Origin: a virus
Virus record (IMG/VR): IMGVR_UViG_3300020421_001669
Location: 64,001-128,000 of that record
Length of the DNA stretch: 64,000 nt
Reading direction: 5' to 3' (one strand)
Shown here: piece by piece, positions 37,782 to 46,958 of the stretch
Numbering within the stretch: position 1 is the first letter of the stretch
Layout of the letters: every line of letters starts with the position of its first letter
The notes under the pieces: model-generated
What the model saw: only the letters and a program-made list of their open reading frames with translations
The model's database searches: none
What the model was told of the DNA's origin: nothing
Program-made: the position numbers and the translations under genes

Positions 37782-38165
37782 ATGATTAGTAAAGTATTAT
37801 TTGGTGTCATTTTAGCTGGTGGGCTTGTCGGGTACTTGTATTACACAAATACTCAGGCAGAACTCATTGAGCTTCGTGAATATAATATGGCGATGGAATT
37901 ACAAGTCGCCACACAAAATGAAACCATTGATAAGATGTCTAAACAATACGAAACACAAGCAAAAGCGCTTGGTGAGTTGACTTCTAAGAATGCTGAGATT
38001 GAAGCGGAAATGTCAAGATACCTTGATATTTTTCGTAGACATGACCTTAGTAAACTTGCAGCTGCTAAACCAGGCCTAATTGAACCAAGGGTGAATAATG
38101 CAACAAAAGAAGTATTTGACAGCCTCGAAACTGATTCCAGTTTTGAGTTTGATGCTGATAATTAG
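37782..38165 (+). CDS. Inner-membrane spanin (Rz-like)
   Basis: N-terminal TM, coiled coil, AKPGLIE motif; overlapped by a lipoprotein gene. Confidence 0.75.
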   Translation: MISKVLFGVILAGGLVGYLYYTNTQAELIELREYNMAMELQVATQNETIDKMSKQYETQAKALGELTSKNAEIEAEMSRYLDIFRRHDLSKLAAAKPGLIEPRVNNATKEVFDSLETDSSFEFDADN

Positions 38166-38517
38166 TGGTTGTTCTTTAATACCAAAACAACCGCGTGAGG
38201 TAGAAATCAAAACCGTAGAGGTGCGTATACCTATACAGCATCCTGTGTATCCTAGACCCATCGATATGAAAGAACCCAAGTGGTATGTCGTATCCGATAA
38301 AAATTTAGACGAATTTCTTACTAAGATAGAAAAGGAATCTGGAAAGATGGTCTTTATGGCCATGTCTGTTCCAGACTATGAGCTCATGGCGTATAATCTG
38401 CAAGAGATTAAACGATTCGTGAAAGAAACTAAAGAAGTGATTGTGTATTACAGAACTGTTATGTCAGATGATGAAGAACCATTAGGAGAAGAATCAAATG
38501 GCAAAGGAAACGATTGA
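38098..38517 (+). CDS. Outer-membrane spanin (Rz1-like lipoprotein)
   Basis: Lipobox ISGC; Pro-rich segment; overlaps the i-spanin 3' end. Confidence 0.72.
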   Translation: MQQKKYLTASKLIPVLSLMLIISGCSLIPKQPREVEIKTVEVRIPIQHPVYPRPIDMKEPKWYVVSDKNLDEFLTKIEKESGKMVFMAMSVPDYELMAYNLQEIKRFVKETKEVIVYYRTVMSDDEEPLGEESNGKGND

Positions 38518-38890
38518 CACAGGAACTAATAAAGTAGATGTTGATTTAGATAGATACACCGACTTAATTTTGAAACTTGACGAAGCGCAAGACAAGATTA
38601 GGGAGATGGAGAAAATCACAAAAGAGTTAAAGATTACAACCAAGGCTGCACAACCAAGCACAAAATTTTCATTTGGTGCTTTGTTTAGGGACGAAAACGA
38701 TATCAACGAGAAATCTATCATAGGATTTGCATCATTTATCATGATGCTCGCGTTTGGTATTGTTGACCTAGTAACAGGGTTTTGGGGTCAAGATATAACA
38801 ATATCCGATACAATCTACACTTCATTTGTGGTAGTAACTCTGGGTGCTTTTGGAATTGCTGAGGCAGGGAAGGCATTCAGTAAACAATAA
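38498..38890 (+). CDS. Two-TM membrane protein, holin candidate
   Basis: Two hydrophobic helices at the C-terminus; coupled to the spanins. Confidence 0.5.
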   Translation: MAKETIDTGTNKVDVDLDRYTDLILKLDEAQDKIREMEKITKELKITTKAAQPSTKFSFGALFRDENDINEKSIIGFASFIMMLAFGIVDLVTGFWGQDITISDTIYTSFVVVTLGAFGIAEAGKAFSKQ

Positions 38891-38913
38891 CTTGACATAA
38901 GGAGAAAATAGAA

Positions 38914-39129
38914 GTGAAAAAAGCGATAGTTTTCGCAACACTTTTTTTACTAACTACTGGATGTACAACATCTGGACAAAAAATTAAATCAATGAAACAA
39001 TACTCTAATCCAGACGAGATGGTATATTGCGAAACTTTTGGCGGAAAGAAGTATTGTACTGTTATGAGTGAAGGGCAGATTAACGAAAAGTTAAATGCCC
39101 TTTTAAGTTCGCCGAGGATGAGGTTTTAG
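38914..39129 (+). CDS. Small lipoprotein
   Basis: Signal peptide with TTGC lipobox. Confidence 0.6.
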   Translation: MKKAIVFATLFLLTTGCTTSGQKIKSMKQYSNPDEMVYCETFGGKKYCTVMSEGQINEKLNALLSSPRMRF

Positions 39130-39633
39130 GTGACTCGTTTTTCTCCAAATCAATGGTTTGAACTTCCTCTTTCTATATCTGAGGACTTGAAAGAAGAACT
39201 ACTGAACTGGGATATAGAGAACGCGAAAAACTATTTTATCCATGAACCAGAAGAAAACCATAGATTAGAGTTTTTGGAAATTCCTTTAACTAGGGTCAAA
39301 GAAGTGGCAGATAAATTTATGATTACTCCCACTAGAGCAACACTGGTTGCAATAGAACCCAATAGTGGTATTCCATTCCATACGGATGGGCAAACACACG
39401 ATTATTGGAGACCAACCATAGCTTGTTTTCCACTATTTCCAAACTCTAAAACCTATGAATGTACTGAGTACAGGGATGGATTTGTGCCATATTGTGACTC
39501 TTATATCTTTAACACACAAGAAGAACACAGGGCAGCAGCTGGTGATTGTAGGAGAATAAACCTACAATTATGGTTCGACCAACTCTTTGGAGAGGTAAAA
39601 ACTTTATTCGACAGCGGTAAGTTGTTGATTTAA
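39130..39633 (+). CDS. 2OG-Fe(II)/Asp-Asn hydroxylase-like DSBH protein
   Basis: IPFHTD ... FNTQEEH ... RINLQ. Confidence 0.6.
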   Translation: MTRFSPNQWFELPLSISEDLKEELLNWDIENAKNYFIHEPEENHRLEFLEIPLTRVKEVADKFMITPTRATLVAIEPNSGIPFHTDGQTHDYWRPTIACFPLFPNSKTYECTEYRDGFVPYCDSYIFNTQEEHRAAAGDCRRINLQLWFDQLFGEVKTLFDSGKLLI

Positions 39634-39729
39634 AACGATATTTAATTTCACTTTTTTTCGCTTTGGCCCTTGACTTTTGGGTCAAAATATGGGATCATGA
39701 TCATATAAATTAGAGAAGTGAGAGAAAAT
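39618..39729 (+). promoter_or_regulatory. Early promoter class copy 3
   Basis: TAAGTTGTTGATT...TTGACTTTTG...ATATGGGATCATGATC...GTGAGAGA. Confidence 0.75.
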
Positions 39730-40092
39730 ATGCAAAAACAAATCGAAAACCTACTAACCTTAATCAACGAAGACTACGCGAGGTGGACTACTCGTTCTTG
39801 GGAAGCCAATGACTTTGGTGGAGAAGAAAGGCGAGATGCTCGCATTGCTGAGTTCGCTGATAAACTGGTTGTCAAAGAAGGTCAGAAATACATCAAGATT
39901 ATTTCAGACAATTCAGTCTGGGGATTCATTGTCAAGGGTGACAATGATAAGTTATTTCAAAAGGGTGATGTTTTAAAACCCGCTGGTTGGGCTGCCCCCG
40001 CTAGGAACAAACCTAGAGGCAATGTCTTTGAGATGTTGGAAGGTAAGGGAACTGGTTGGGTAAGATGGACTGGCCCTCAGTACTTACGATAG
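39730..40092 (+). CDS. Conserved early phage hypothetical protein
   Basis: KYIKI..SVWGFI..GDVLKPAGWAAPARNKPRGNV motif common in marine myoviruses. Confidence 0.8.
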   Translation: MQKQIENLLTLINEDYARWTTRSWEANDFGGEERRDARIAEFADKLVVKEGQKYIKIISDNSVWGFIVKGDNDKLFQKGDVLKPAGWAAPARNKPRGNVFEMLEGKGTGWVRWTGPQYLR

Positions 40093-40096
40093 GAGA

Positions 40097-40504
40097 ATGA
40101 GAATGATTGGTGATATAATTGCTGAAAAAGCTTATCTCAAAACCCAGATAAATAAATGGGAAGAAATTGTAGACAACATTGATTCTGCTGTTCGCAAGGT
40201 GAACGAAGAAACAAAAGTTATCAAGTACAATGATGTTCCTAGTAACATTTATATTACGGTTGAAGGGATTGCCGATGATTTGGGACTAAAGTTAAGTTCC
40301 GAAAAAAGTCAAGAACTGAAAAAAGAACTTGAATGGAAAATCAACGAAGTCCGTGAGGCGGTTAGCACTCTGGAATCTGCCATGTACAATTTGGTAGAAC
40401 CATTTGAAGACATGAAAAGTGATGCTGAAAACAAGAAAGATGATTTTGAGTATGAACTTGATGACTTGGAGTGGGAAGAGGAAAAACTTCAAAACGCTTC
40501 ATAG
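40097..40504 (+). CDS. Hypothetical coiled-coil protein
   Basis: AGGAG SD; ORF. Confidence 0.7.
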   Translation: MRMIGDIIAEKAYLKTQINKWEEIVDNIDSAVRKVNEETKVIKYNDVPSNIYITVEGIADDLGLKLSSEKSQELKKELEWKINEVREAVSTLESAMYNLVEPFEDMKSDAENKKDDFEYELDDLEWEEEKLQNAS

Positions 40505-40609
40505 TTTTAAGGCGAATACAGGATGCCTGCTAAAGTCTGTATAGGTTGATGACCGAACATCCGCGAGGGGAATGAAAACGCCCCTCAACCTTTATTAATT
40601 GGAGAAATT

Positions 40610-40882
40610 ATGAATCAGAATGATATAGTATCGGTGATTACACCAGCTGGTGAGTTTATAGGTAAACTTGCTTTTGAAACAGACACGCGATTGAAATTAA
40701 ATGACCCACGCATGTTGATTACAACAAATGAAGGCATGGGGTTTGCTCGGGGAGTTTGCCTTACTGGTGTTGAGAATCCCGATGAGATGACATTTTACTC
40801 TGGTGGGATTGTTTTTGTTTCCCCAACCAATGAAGATGTGCAAAAATCTTATCGTAAATTCACAAGTGGAATTATAACATGA
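40610..40882 (+). CDS. Hypothetical protein (Sm-like fold possible)
   Basis: GGAG SD; GEFIGKL..LKLNDP pattern. Confidence 0.7.
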   Translation: MNQNDIVSVITPAGEFIGKLAFETDTRLKLNDPRMLITTNEGMGFARGVCLTGVENPDEMTFYSGGIVFVSPTNEDVQKSYRKFTSGIIT

Positions 40883-41100
40883 CCGAAAAATTACAAAAGA
40901 TTGCTGATGAAATTTCAAAGTGGGATGATAAACACGAACCTCTCGCTCAAGATATTTTAGATGCGTACAAATTTATATATAGATTACTAGACCCAGAAGG
41001 ATTTGGGTTTGCTGTATCCGCTGAGGTTAGGGATGCTGCTCGAGTAGTCGTAGGACTAGAACCAGTGGAACAAAACCTATACAAAGCGAAAGATGAGTGA
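40879..41100 (+). CDS. Hypothetical protein
   Basis: Coupled ORF. Confidence 0.65.
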   Translation: MTEKLQKIADEISKWDDKHEPLAQDILDAYKFIYRLLDPEGFGFAVSAEVRDAARVVVGLEPVEQNLYKAKDE

Positions 41101-41461
41101 CGAAACTAAGCAATTAGAATTAGACCTAAAAATACCTAAGTCAGATGAGGGAGAAGAGATGACCCCGAAATTCACTCCAGAAGAGATAGAAAATTCCAAA
41201 AGGATTTTTAAATCTGCTACACCAAAGTATGACCTTAGTTGGTATGTTAAGTGGGCATCTTCAATTCTTATTCTGATTGCTCTTACTATAAGAGCTGCTG
41301 ATTATCCACGCATATACGATATGTGGTTTGGATTTGTTGGTATGATTGGTTGGACTTATGTTGGAATTCTATGGAAAGATAGGGCGATAATCATCATGAA
41401 CATTATCAGTACAATCCTTCTGGCTATTGGTCTCTTAACACATTATAGAGGATTATTCTAA
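41093..41461 (+). CDS. Three-TM membrane protein
   Basis: WYVKWASS...W..VG.LW.DRA...N hydrophobic pattern. Confidence 0.7.
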   Translation: MSDETKQLELDLKIPKSDEGEEMTPKFTPEEIENSKRIFKSATPKYDLSWYVKWASSILILIALTIRAADYPRIYDMWFGFVGMIGWTYVGILWKDRAIIIMNIISTILLAIGLLTHYRGLF

Positions 41462-41781
41462 TGCCAATTTACGAAATTGAGAACACCGAAACAGGTGAAG
41501 TCTTTGAAGTCATGATGAGGATTGATGACAAAGAAAAAATGATGAAGAAAAATCCACACTTTCGACAAGTACCATCCGCACCAGCTTTAAACTTTGGTGG
41601 TGTTGGAGATAGGGTAAAACCCGATGGTGGATTTAAAGATGTTCTGTCCAGAATCGCAGATTCAAATCCAACATCAGCTCTTGCAGATGATTATGGAAAG
41701 AAAGATAAAAAATCAGTCGCTGTCCGTGACAGTATGAAACGAGTCAAAAAGAAATTAGGTTCTATCACAGACGGTTCATAA
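41461..41781 (+). CDS. FmdB-like regulatory protein (Cys-less)
   Basis: MPIYE.ENTETGEVFE N-terminus. Confidence 0.6.
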   Translation: MPIYEIENTETGEVFEVMMRIDDKEKMMKKNPHFRQVPSAPALNFGGVGDRVKPDGGFKDVLSRIADSNPTSALADDYGKKDKKSVAVRDSMKRVKKKLGSITDGS

Positions 41782-41785
41782 TATT

Positions 41786-42226
41786 ATGAAGATAATGACA
41801 TTGTGGGGTGAAGAAGAAGTTCATAACACAAGAATGTGTATACACTGTAAACAGGTAAAACACGAAGACGAATTTGGTATAAGGTCATATACGAAAAATG
41901 GAGTTAAATCAGAAAGAAGAAATGATTGCAATTCCTGTCGTAAAAAAGAAACTAAAATAAGAAATCAATTAAAGAAACAATATCCTAGACCTACTAATAA
42001 GGACTATAAATGTCCTAGATGTAATAGAAGTCAACAAGACTTTATTGATGAGGGTAGATTTGTTCATACCAAGAAGAAGTCTATATTTGTTTTAGACCAT
42101 GACCATGAAACAGGACAATTCAGAGGATGGATATGTGACTACTGTAATACTATATGTGCAAGAGCATACGATGACCCCAGTATATTAGAGGCAAATGCAA
42201 GGGCATTAAGAGAATTCAAATTGTGA
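41786..42226 (+). CDS. Endonuclease VII-family nuclease
   Basis: CPRC ... VLDHDHETGQFRGWICDYCN. Confidence 0.8.
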   Translation: MKIMTLWGEEEVHNTRMCIHCKQVKHEDEFGIRSYTKNGVKSERRNDCNSCRKKETKIRNQLKKQYPRPTNKDYKCPRCNRSQQDFIDEGRFVHTKKKSIFVLDHDHETGQFRGWICDYCNTICARAYDDPSILEANARALREFKL

Positions 42227-42327
42227 ATATTACCACTTTTTATTATTGACTTTTGATTCAAATTAGTGTTAAATATATAGGTGTCAAATAAGTGACACAA
42301 CTCATAACTCGACAAGAGGACTATGTT

Positions 42328-43212
42328 ATGAAATGGCTCAAAATGATTACTGCAATCTTTTTGATTTCAGTAGTAAATGTGGGGTGCGCTTCAGCCTCTG
42401 GTGGTAATTACTATGAAGCCGTGCAAAGGGCAGCAGAGGCGAAAGCTAAAGTGTCTGAAGCACGATATCGAGCTCTCGCTCAAGTCGCATCTAGTGGTGA
42501 TGGTCAGGCTGCATCTGCAGCTGTTATGGCAATCGCACTATCGAATGAAGACACAATCGTTCCACAGTATGTCGAATCTTCTGCTCTGAAATGGGCGCAA
42601 GTATTGACACCAACTATCGGAACACTGGGGTTGGGTATCGTTCAAGCAAATGTTGCTAAGAACGCCGCTAACAAGGCTGCCGAAGTTCAAATGGCTTCTA
42701 TGCAGGCAAACGCGGATATCCAATTAGGTCAACAAACCATGATTAGTAACATGGGTGGACAGTGGGCAGAGGTTGCAGCTGCTGGCGGACAGGCAACAGT
42801 TGATGTTGCTCTCGCTGGATTTGGCGCACTCAATACCGCTGGTGACCAAACTGTTACACTCGGTCTCGCTGGGTTAGATACTGCTGACAGTATCGCAACC
42901 ACTGGTTTCACCACTGCTGGTGACATTGCTACAGTTGGTATGAACAACCTCAACGATATGGGTCAGTTTGGTATTACCACTGTTGGCGCAGTCGGAATGT
43001 ACGGTATCGATGCAGCTGAAACTTTAGGTATTCAAGGTATGTTGGGTATTCATGAAACCAATGAAGATTGGTTAACTTATACCACTAGTAGTGATACTAA
43101 CTTTGCTCAGATTCTTGCAGATTTTAACGCAACAATCTTGCAATTTGGAACTGATTTGGGAACCCCTATCACATGTAACAATGACGGAAATGGAGTATTC
43201 AACTGTCAATAG
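42328..43212 (+). CDS. Gly/Ala/Thr-rich lipoprotein with 11-residue repeats
   Basis: Signal peptide with NVGC lipobox; GAGG SD; TTGACTTTTG upstream at 42246; followed by a terminator. Confidence 0.7.
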   Translation: MKWLKMITAIFLISVVNVGCASASGGNYYEAVQRAAEAKAKVSEARYRALAQVASSGDGQAASAAVMAIALSNEDTIVPQYVESSALKWAQVLTPTIGTLGLGIVQANVAKNAANKAAEVQMASMQANADIQLGQQTMISNMGGQWAEVAAAGGQATVDVALAGFGALNTAGDQTVTLGLAGLDTADSIATTGFTTAGDIATVGMNNLNDMGQFGITTVGAVGMYGIDAAETLGIQGMLGIHETNEDWLTYTTSSDTNFAQILADFNATILQFGTDLGTPITCNNDGNGVFNCQ

Positions 43213-43226
43213 TTACATAAAAGTTG

Positions 43227-43261
43227 TATAAATAGAGGGGACATTGAGTCCCCTTTTTTTT
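43227..43261 (+). terminator. Rho-independent terminator preceded by a late promoter
   Basis: TATAAATA at 43227-43234, then AGGGGAC-ATTGA-GTCCCCT and a T-tract. Confidence 0.8.
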
Positions 43262-43277
43262 AATTATGAGGTAAATT

Positions 43278-43748
43278 ATGGCAGATATAAAGAAAATTCT
43301 TGACGGTGAGGAATTCGTAGTTCAACCCCCCGAAGAATTAAAACTAGAAGAACAAACAGTCAATCCAAAATTAATGGGTGACGATGAACTATATGATGAA
43401 GACTTAGATGCTGAAACTGTCAAGGCACTATCACATGCTTTAGAACTTGACTATATTGAGAAGTGGAAAGTCTTTGCTCAAATGAAACTCCTAGAAAGAA
43501 ATTTTGCAGTCGCTGAAGCGGCGAGGGTTGTTTTGCGTGACCAGTTAATTAAAGCAAATGCCAATGTACAAATTCTTCTGAGAAACTATGAAGAAAAGAA
43601 GATTGGTTTAGACCACGAGATAAAGCAAAAGTTGAAAGTTCAAGAAGAACTCAAGACAGTTCGTGCTGAGTTAAGGTCGCTTAAAAAAACTAAAGACATT
43701 TCCGAAGCGAAAAGCGCTAAAAATAAATCCGAGCCAAAAAACGCCTAG
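43278..43748 (+). CDS. Hypothetical coiled-coil protein
   Basis: GAGG SD; ORF. Confidence 0.7.
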   Translation: MADIKKILDGEEFVVQPPEELKLEEQTVNPKLMGDDELYDEDLDAETVKALSHALELDYIEKWKVFAQMKLLERNFAVAEAARVVLRDQLIKANANVQILLRNYEEKKIGLDHEIKQKLKVQEELKTVRAELRSLKKTKDISEAKSAKNKSEPKNA

Positions 43749-43757
43749 CTGGTTTTT

Positions 43758-43765
43758 TATAAATA
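43758..43765 (+). promoter_or_regulatory. T4-type late promoter TATAAATA
   Basis: Exact consensus. Confidence 0.8.
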
Positions 43766-43798
43766 GTGGGAAACAGATGTTTATGGAAGAAGCAATTA

Positions 43799-45052
43799 AT
43801 GGTCGGATTTTTATCATATCTAAACGAAGATGCACAGGGGAAAAACCTACATCTTGAACACCTAGAAGACGAAATTCTTAATTTCGGAATAGGTGGAGCT
43901 CGTGGTGCAATTAATTTCCTACAGTCATTAAGAGATATGCTGTCGGGAAGTTCTCGTTCATCTGTAAACATGACAGTCAAGTGGGATGGCGCACCCGCTA
44001 TATTTGCTGGTATAGACCCCAGTGATGGTAAATTCTTTGTTGCTAAGAAAGGTGTATTCAACAAGACACCACTATTATATAAGTCCACGCAAGAGATAAA
44101 CAAAGATAGTAAATTACCACAAGCACTAAAACCCGCCTTTATAATCGCATTACAAGAATTTAGTAAACTCGGAATCAAGGGTGTATTACAGGGTGACTTA
44201 ATGTTCACTTCTGGTTCACTTGAGTCCGAGACCATTGATGGTGAAAGATACACCACATTCCAACCAAATACAATAGTCTATGCTGTTCCTAAAATGTCAG
44301 AACTGGAACAGAAAATCAAAGCGGCTAAAATTGGTGTGGTATGGCACACTACATATACTGGTAACACACTAGAGAGTATGAAGGCATCTTTTGGTGTAAA
44401 CATTAGTGGTCTCAGAAAATCAAAAAATGTCTGGATGGATGATGCTAGTTATAGAGATACTAGTGGAACTTCTACATTCACAAAAGCAGAAACCGCCGCT
44501 GTAACCACGAAGTTGGCTAACTGTGGTAGGATATTTCAGAAAATAAATTCAGCACAATTAAGCAGTTTCTTAAAATTTCAAGCTGGGTTTACGGGCAAAA
44601 TGGTTGGCGCCAACATCAAAACATATAACAATTCAAAAGTAAAAGTTGGTGCGAAGATATCAAATGTCGCTGGACATGTGTCTGGATATGCAAAATGGGT
44701 AGAAGACAAATTTGATTCAGAGATAAATAAGTTAAAGACGGAGAAATCTAAAAGTCAACTAGAAAAAAGAAAGACTGAAACTCTAAGAGAACTATCTAAG
44801 TATAGTGTTCTTCTTACAAATGTCATCAATTTTCAGAACTCTATGGTAGAGGCGAAAATGATAATCGTTAGTAAATTAAATAGAGTAAAACAGTTAATGG
44901 ATACCTTTGTTAGAACCAAACAGGGATTTAAAGTTACAAATCCAGAAGGATATGTTGCTATAGATAGGGTTTCTGGTAACGCGGTCAAACTAGTAGACAG
45001 AATGGAATTCAGTTATAATAATTTTACAGCAATTAAGGCGTGGGATAGATGA
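43799..45052 (+). CDS. DUF6267-like protein with ligase/nucleotidyltransferase motifs
   Basis: HLEHLED, TVKWDG (motif I KxDG), LQGDLM, PEGYV, VKLVDR. Confidence 0.75.
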   Translation: MVGFLSYLNEDAQGKNLHLEHLEDEILNFGIGGARGAINFLQSLRDMLSGSSRSSVNMTVKWDGAPAIFAGIDPSDGKFFVAKKGVFNKTPLLYKSTQEINKDSKLPQALKPAFIIALQEFSKLGIKGVLQGDLMFTSGSLESETIDGERYTTFQPNTIVYAVPKMSELEQKIKAAKIGVVWHTTYTGNTLESMKASFGVNISGLRKSKNVWMDDASYRDTSGTSTFTKAETAAVTTKLANCGRIFQKINSAQLSSFLKFQAGFTGKMVGANIKTYNNSKVKVGAKISNVAGHVSGYAKWVEDKFDSEINKLKTEKSKSQLEKRKTETLRELSKYSVLLTNVINFQNSMVEAKMIIVSKLNRVKQLMDTFVRTKQGFKVTNPEGYVAIDRVSGNAVKLVDRMEFSYNNFTAIKAWDR

Positions 45053-45636
45053 AAACATTAGTATATGCATTTGGTAGGATGAACCCACCCACGGCGGGAC
45101 ACGGAAAACTTATCCAGAAAGTAAAACAACTTGCTCAAAGAGAAAGAGCAGACCATCTTATTGTAGTCAGTCACAGTCAAGATAAAATTAAAAACCCACT
45201 GACACCACAAAGAAAGGTTGCACATCTCAAAAAGATGTTTCCACAAACAAAATTTAAAGCATCTGATAGAGTCAACCCGAATTTTATCAAACAACTTGGA
45301 TTACTTACAGGTAAATATGATAAAGTTATCATGGTTGCTGGTTCAGATAGGGTTCAAGAATTCCAAAGAATATTGGACAGGTACAACGGTAAAGATTTTA
45401 AATTTGATGAAATAGATGTTATCTCTGCTGGTGCAAGAGACCCAGACGCGGAAGGCGTAACTGGTATAAGTGCTAGTAAAATGAGACTATTTGTCAAGAA
45501 CAATGATTTTAACTCCTTCAAACGAGGACTGCCCGCTGGATATAGTGGGTCTCAAGCTTTGTTTAATGATGTGAAGAAGGGAATGGAGTTGAAAGAAGGA
45601 AACTACAACACTTTTTCACAGTTTTTAAGAGGATAA
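45049..45636 (+). CDS. HxGH nucleotidyltransferase (cytidylyltransferase/NadD-like)
   Basis: FGRMNPPTAGH, KNPL, AGSDR, SASKMR. Confidence 0.85.
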   Translation: MKTLVYAFGRMNPPTAGHGKLIQKVKQLAQRERADHLIVVSHSQDKIKNPLTPQRKVAHLKKMFPQTKFKASDRVNPNFIKQLGLLTGKYDKVIMVAGSDRVQEFQRILDRYNGKDFKFDEIDVISAGARDPDAEGVTGISASKMRLFVKNNDFNSFKRGLPAGYSGSQALFNDVKKGMELKEGNYNTFSQFLRG

Positions 45637-45639
45637 CTT

Positions 45640-46344
45640 ATGTCAAAATATTTAAAGGGTTTATTACCCACAACAGGATTGGAGTTCGACCCTAGTTCGG
45701 CACCTCATGGATACGCAGACGAAACTTCTAGTGGGGATGCTGCTTTACCAGATATTGATTTTCCAAATGGGAAATGGGGAATGTTTGGATTAAAATCAAG
45801 TGGGCCTGGCATCAGTGAACCAACTGATTTACCAGATGAATACTATGAAGAAGTCGCTGAAAGAGAAGAACTTCTCGAACAACTAAAAGAGGATGAGGGA
45901 GTAAAATATGAAGTCTATCTTGACCATCTTGGGTACGCCACCTGTGGTATCGGTCACCTCATTAAACCAGAAGATGCCGAAGCGAAACTCGACATTGGAG
46001 ATGAAGTCTCAGAAGAAAGAGTCATCGAACTCTTCAAACAAGATATCGGAATTGCCTGCCGAGACGCCGTTAATCTATACGGCTGGTCTGGATTTTGTGA
46101 ATGGCCCGAGGAAGTCCAAAATATCCTTATTAATATGATTTTTAATTTGGGTATGACTAGACTCAGCAAGTTTAAAAACATGCATAGGGCATTAGAACAA
46201 CAGAACTGGAAACAAGCAGCTATCGAAGGACGCGATAGTAAATGGCACAAACAAGTTACTAACAGGGCAGAAAGATTGATGTCCAAACTAGAAACAATTC
46301 CAAACATTGTCCGTCAATCGGGCCCGATTGGAATTGTTGGTTAA
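45640..46344 (+). CDS. T4-type lysozyme with N-terminal extension
   Basis: E-X8-D-X5-T triad (EGVKYEVYLDHLGYAT), GIGHL, NMIFNLG, SKWHKQVTNRA. Confidence 0.9.
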   Translation: MSKYLKGLLPTTGLEFDPSSAPHGYADETSSGDAALPDIDFPNGKWGMFGLKSSGPGISEPTDLPDEYYEEVAEREELLEQLKEDEGVKYEVYLDHLGYATCGIGHLIKPEDAEAKLDIGDEVSEERVIELFKQDIGIACRDAVNLYGWSGFCEWPEEVQNILINMIFNLGMTRLSKFKNMHRALEQQNWKQAAIEGRDSKWHKQVTNRAERLMSKLETIPNIVRQSGPIGIVG

Positions 46345-46364
46345 TTAAAGGAAAGGAGACCCAA

Positions 46365-46949
46365 ATGTTGCAAGTCATTTTAGACCTTGCGGTTACCTTC
46401 TGGATGTGGACTATTCTAATCGCCATCATCCTAGTAGGCTGGATTATTGATAGATTAGATATGAGACAAAAAACGAATTTGACATTTACCATGAAGGAAA
46501 TGCCACAATTAAGACCGATTGTCATAGAGACAAAAGGAAAAGGTTTTTGGAAATCAATGTTACATTGGTTTTTATCAACTAGAAATTGGGAAGTTACCAA
46601 AGACTGGCACTATACAATAGATGATATTGAGTATGTGATTCCAAAAGGATTCCAGTTTGATGGTGCTAGTATACCTAAATTTTTAAGAACTTTTTTCTCG
46701 CCAGTAGGCATTATGTTAGTCGGTGGGTTGGTTCATGATTATGGATATAAGTATGAAACCTTATTACTAAAAGGTAAAAAGGATACTATCGGAACCAAAA
46801 ATCAAAAATTTATGGATGAGGTTTTCAAAGATATTAATATCAATGTAAATGGGTTTTATCTATTCAATATACTCTCTTATTGGTCATTGCGACTGGCAGG
46901 GTTTATTGCGTGGAACGGACACAGAAAAAGAAATCTCTCCCCAGTATAA
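46365..46949 (+). CDS. DUF1353-like membrane-anchored protein
   Basis: IPKGFQFDGASIP, LVHDYGY; N-terminal TM. Confidence 0.8.
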   Translation: MLQVILDLAVTFWMWTILIAIILVGWIIDRLDMRQKTNLTFTMKEMPQLRPIVIETKGKGFWKSMLHWFLSTRNWEVTKDWHYTIDDIEYVIPKGFQFDGASIPKFLRTFFSPVGIMLVGGLVHDYGYKYETLLLKGKKDTIGTKNQKFMDEVFKDININVNGFYLFNILSYWSLRLAGFIAWNGHRKRNLSPV

Positions 46950-46958
46950 TATCAAGGA

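Noticed and set aside
38892-38903. TTGACA upstream of the small lipoprotein
   Set aside because: No -10 at the proper spacing; it abuts the SD
40545-40580. TTGATGA...GAAA resembling a hammerhead core
   Set aside because: The core should be CUGANGA with flanking stems I-III, which I could not build; kept only as an unnamed structured-RNA candidate
41786-42226. Endo VII-like ORF as a mobile homing endonuclease or as gp49
   Set aside because: Cannot distinguish resolvase from free-standing endonuclease without a search; not called a mobile element
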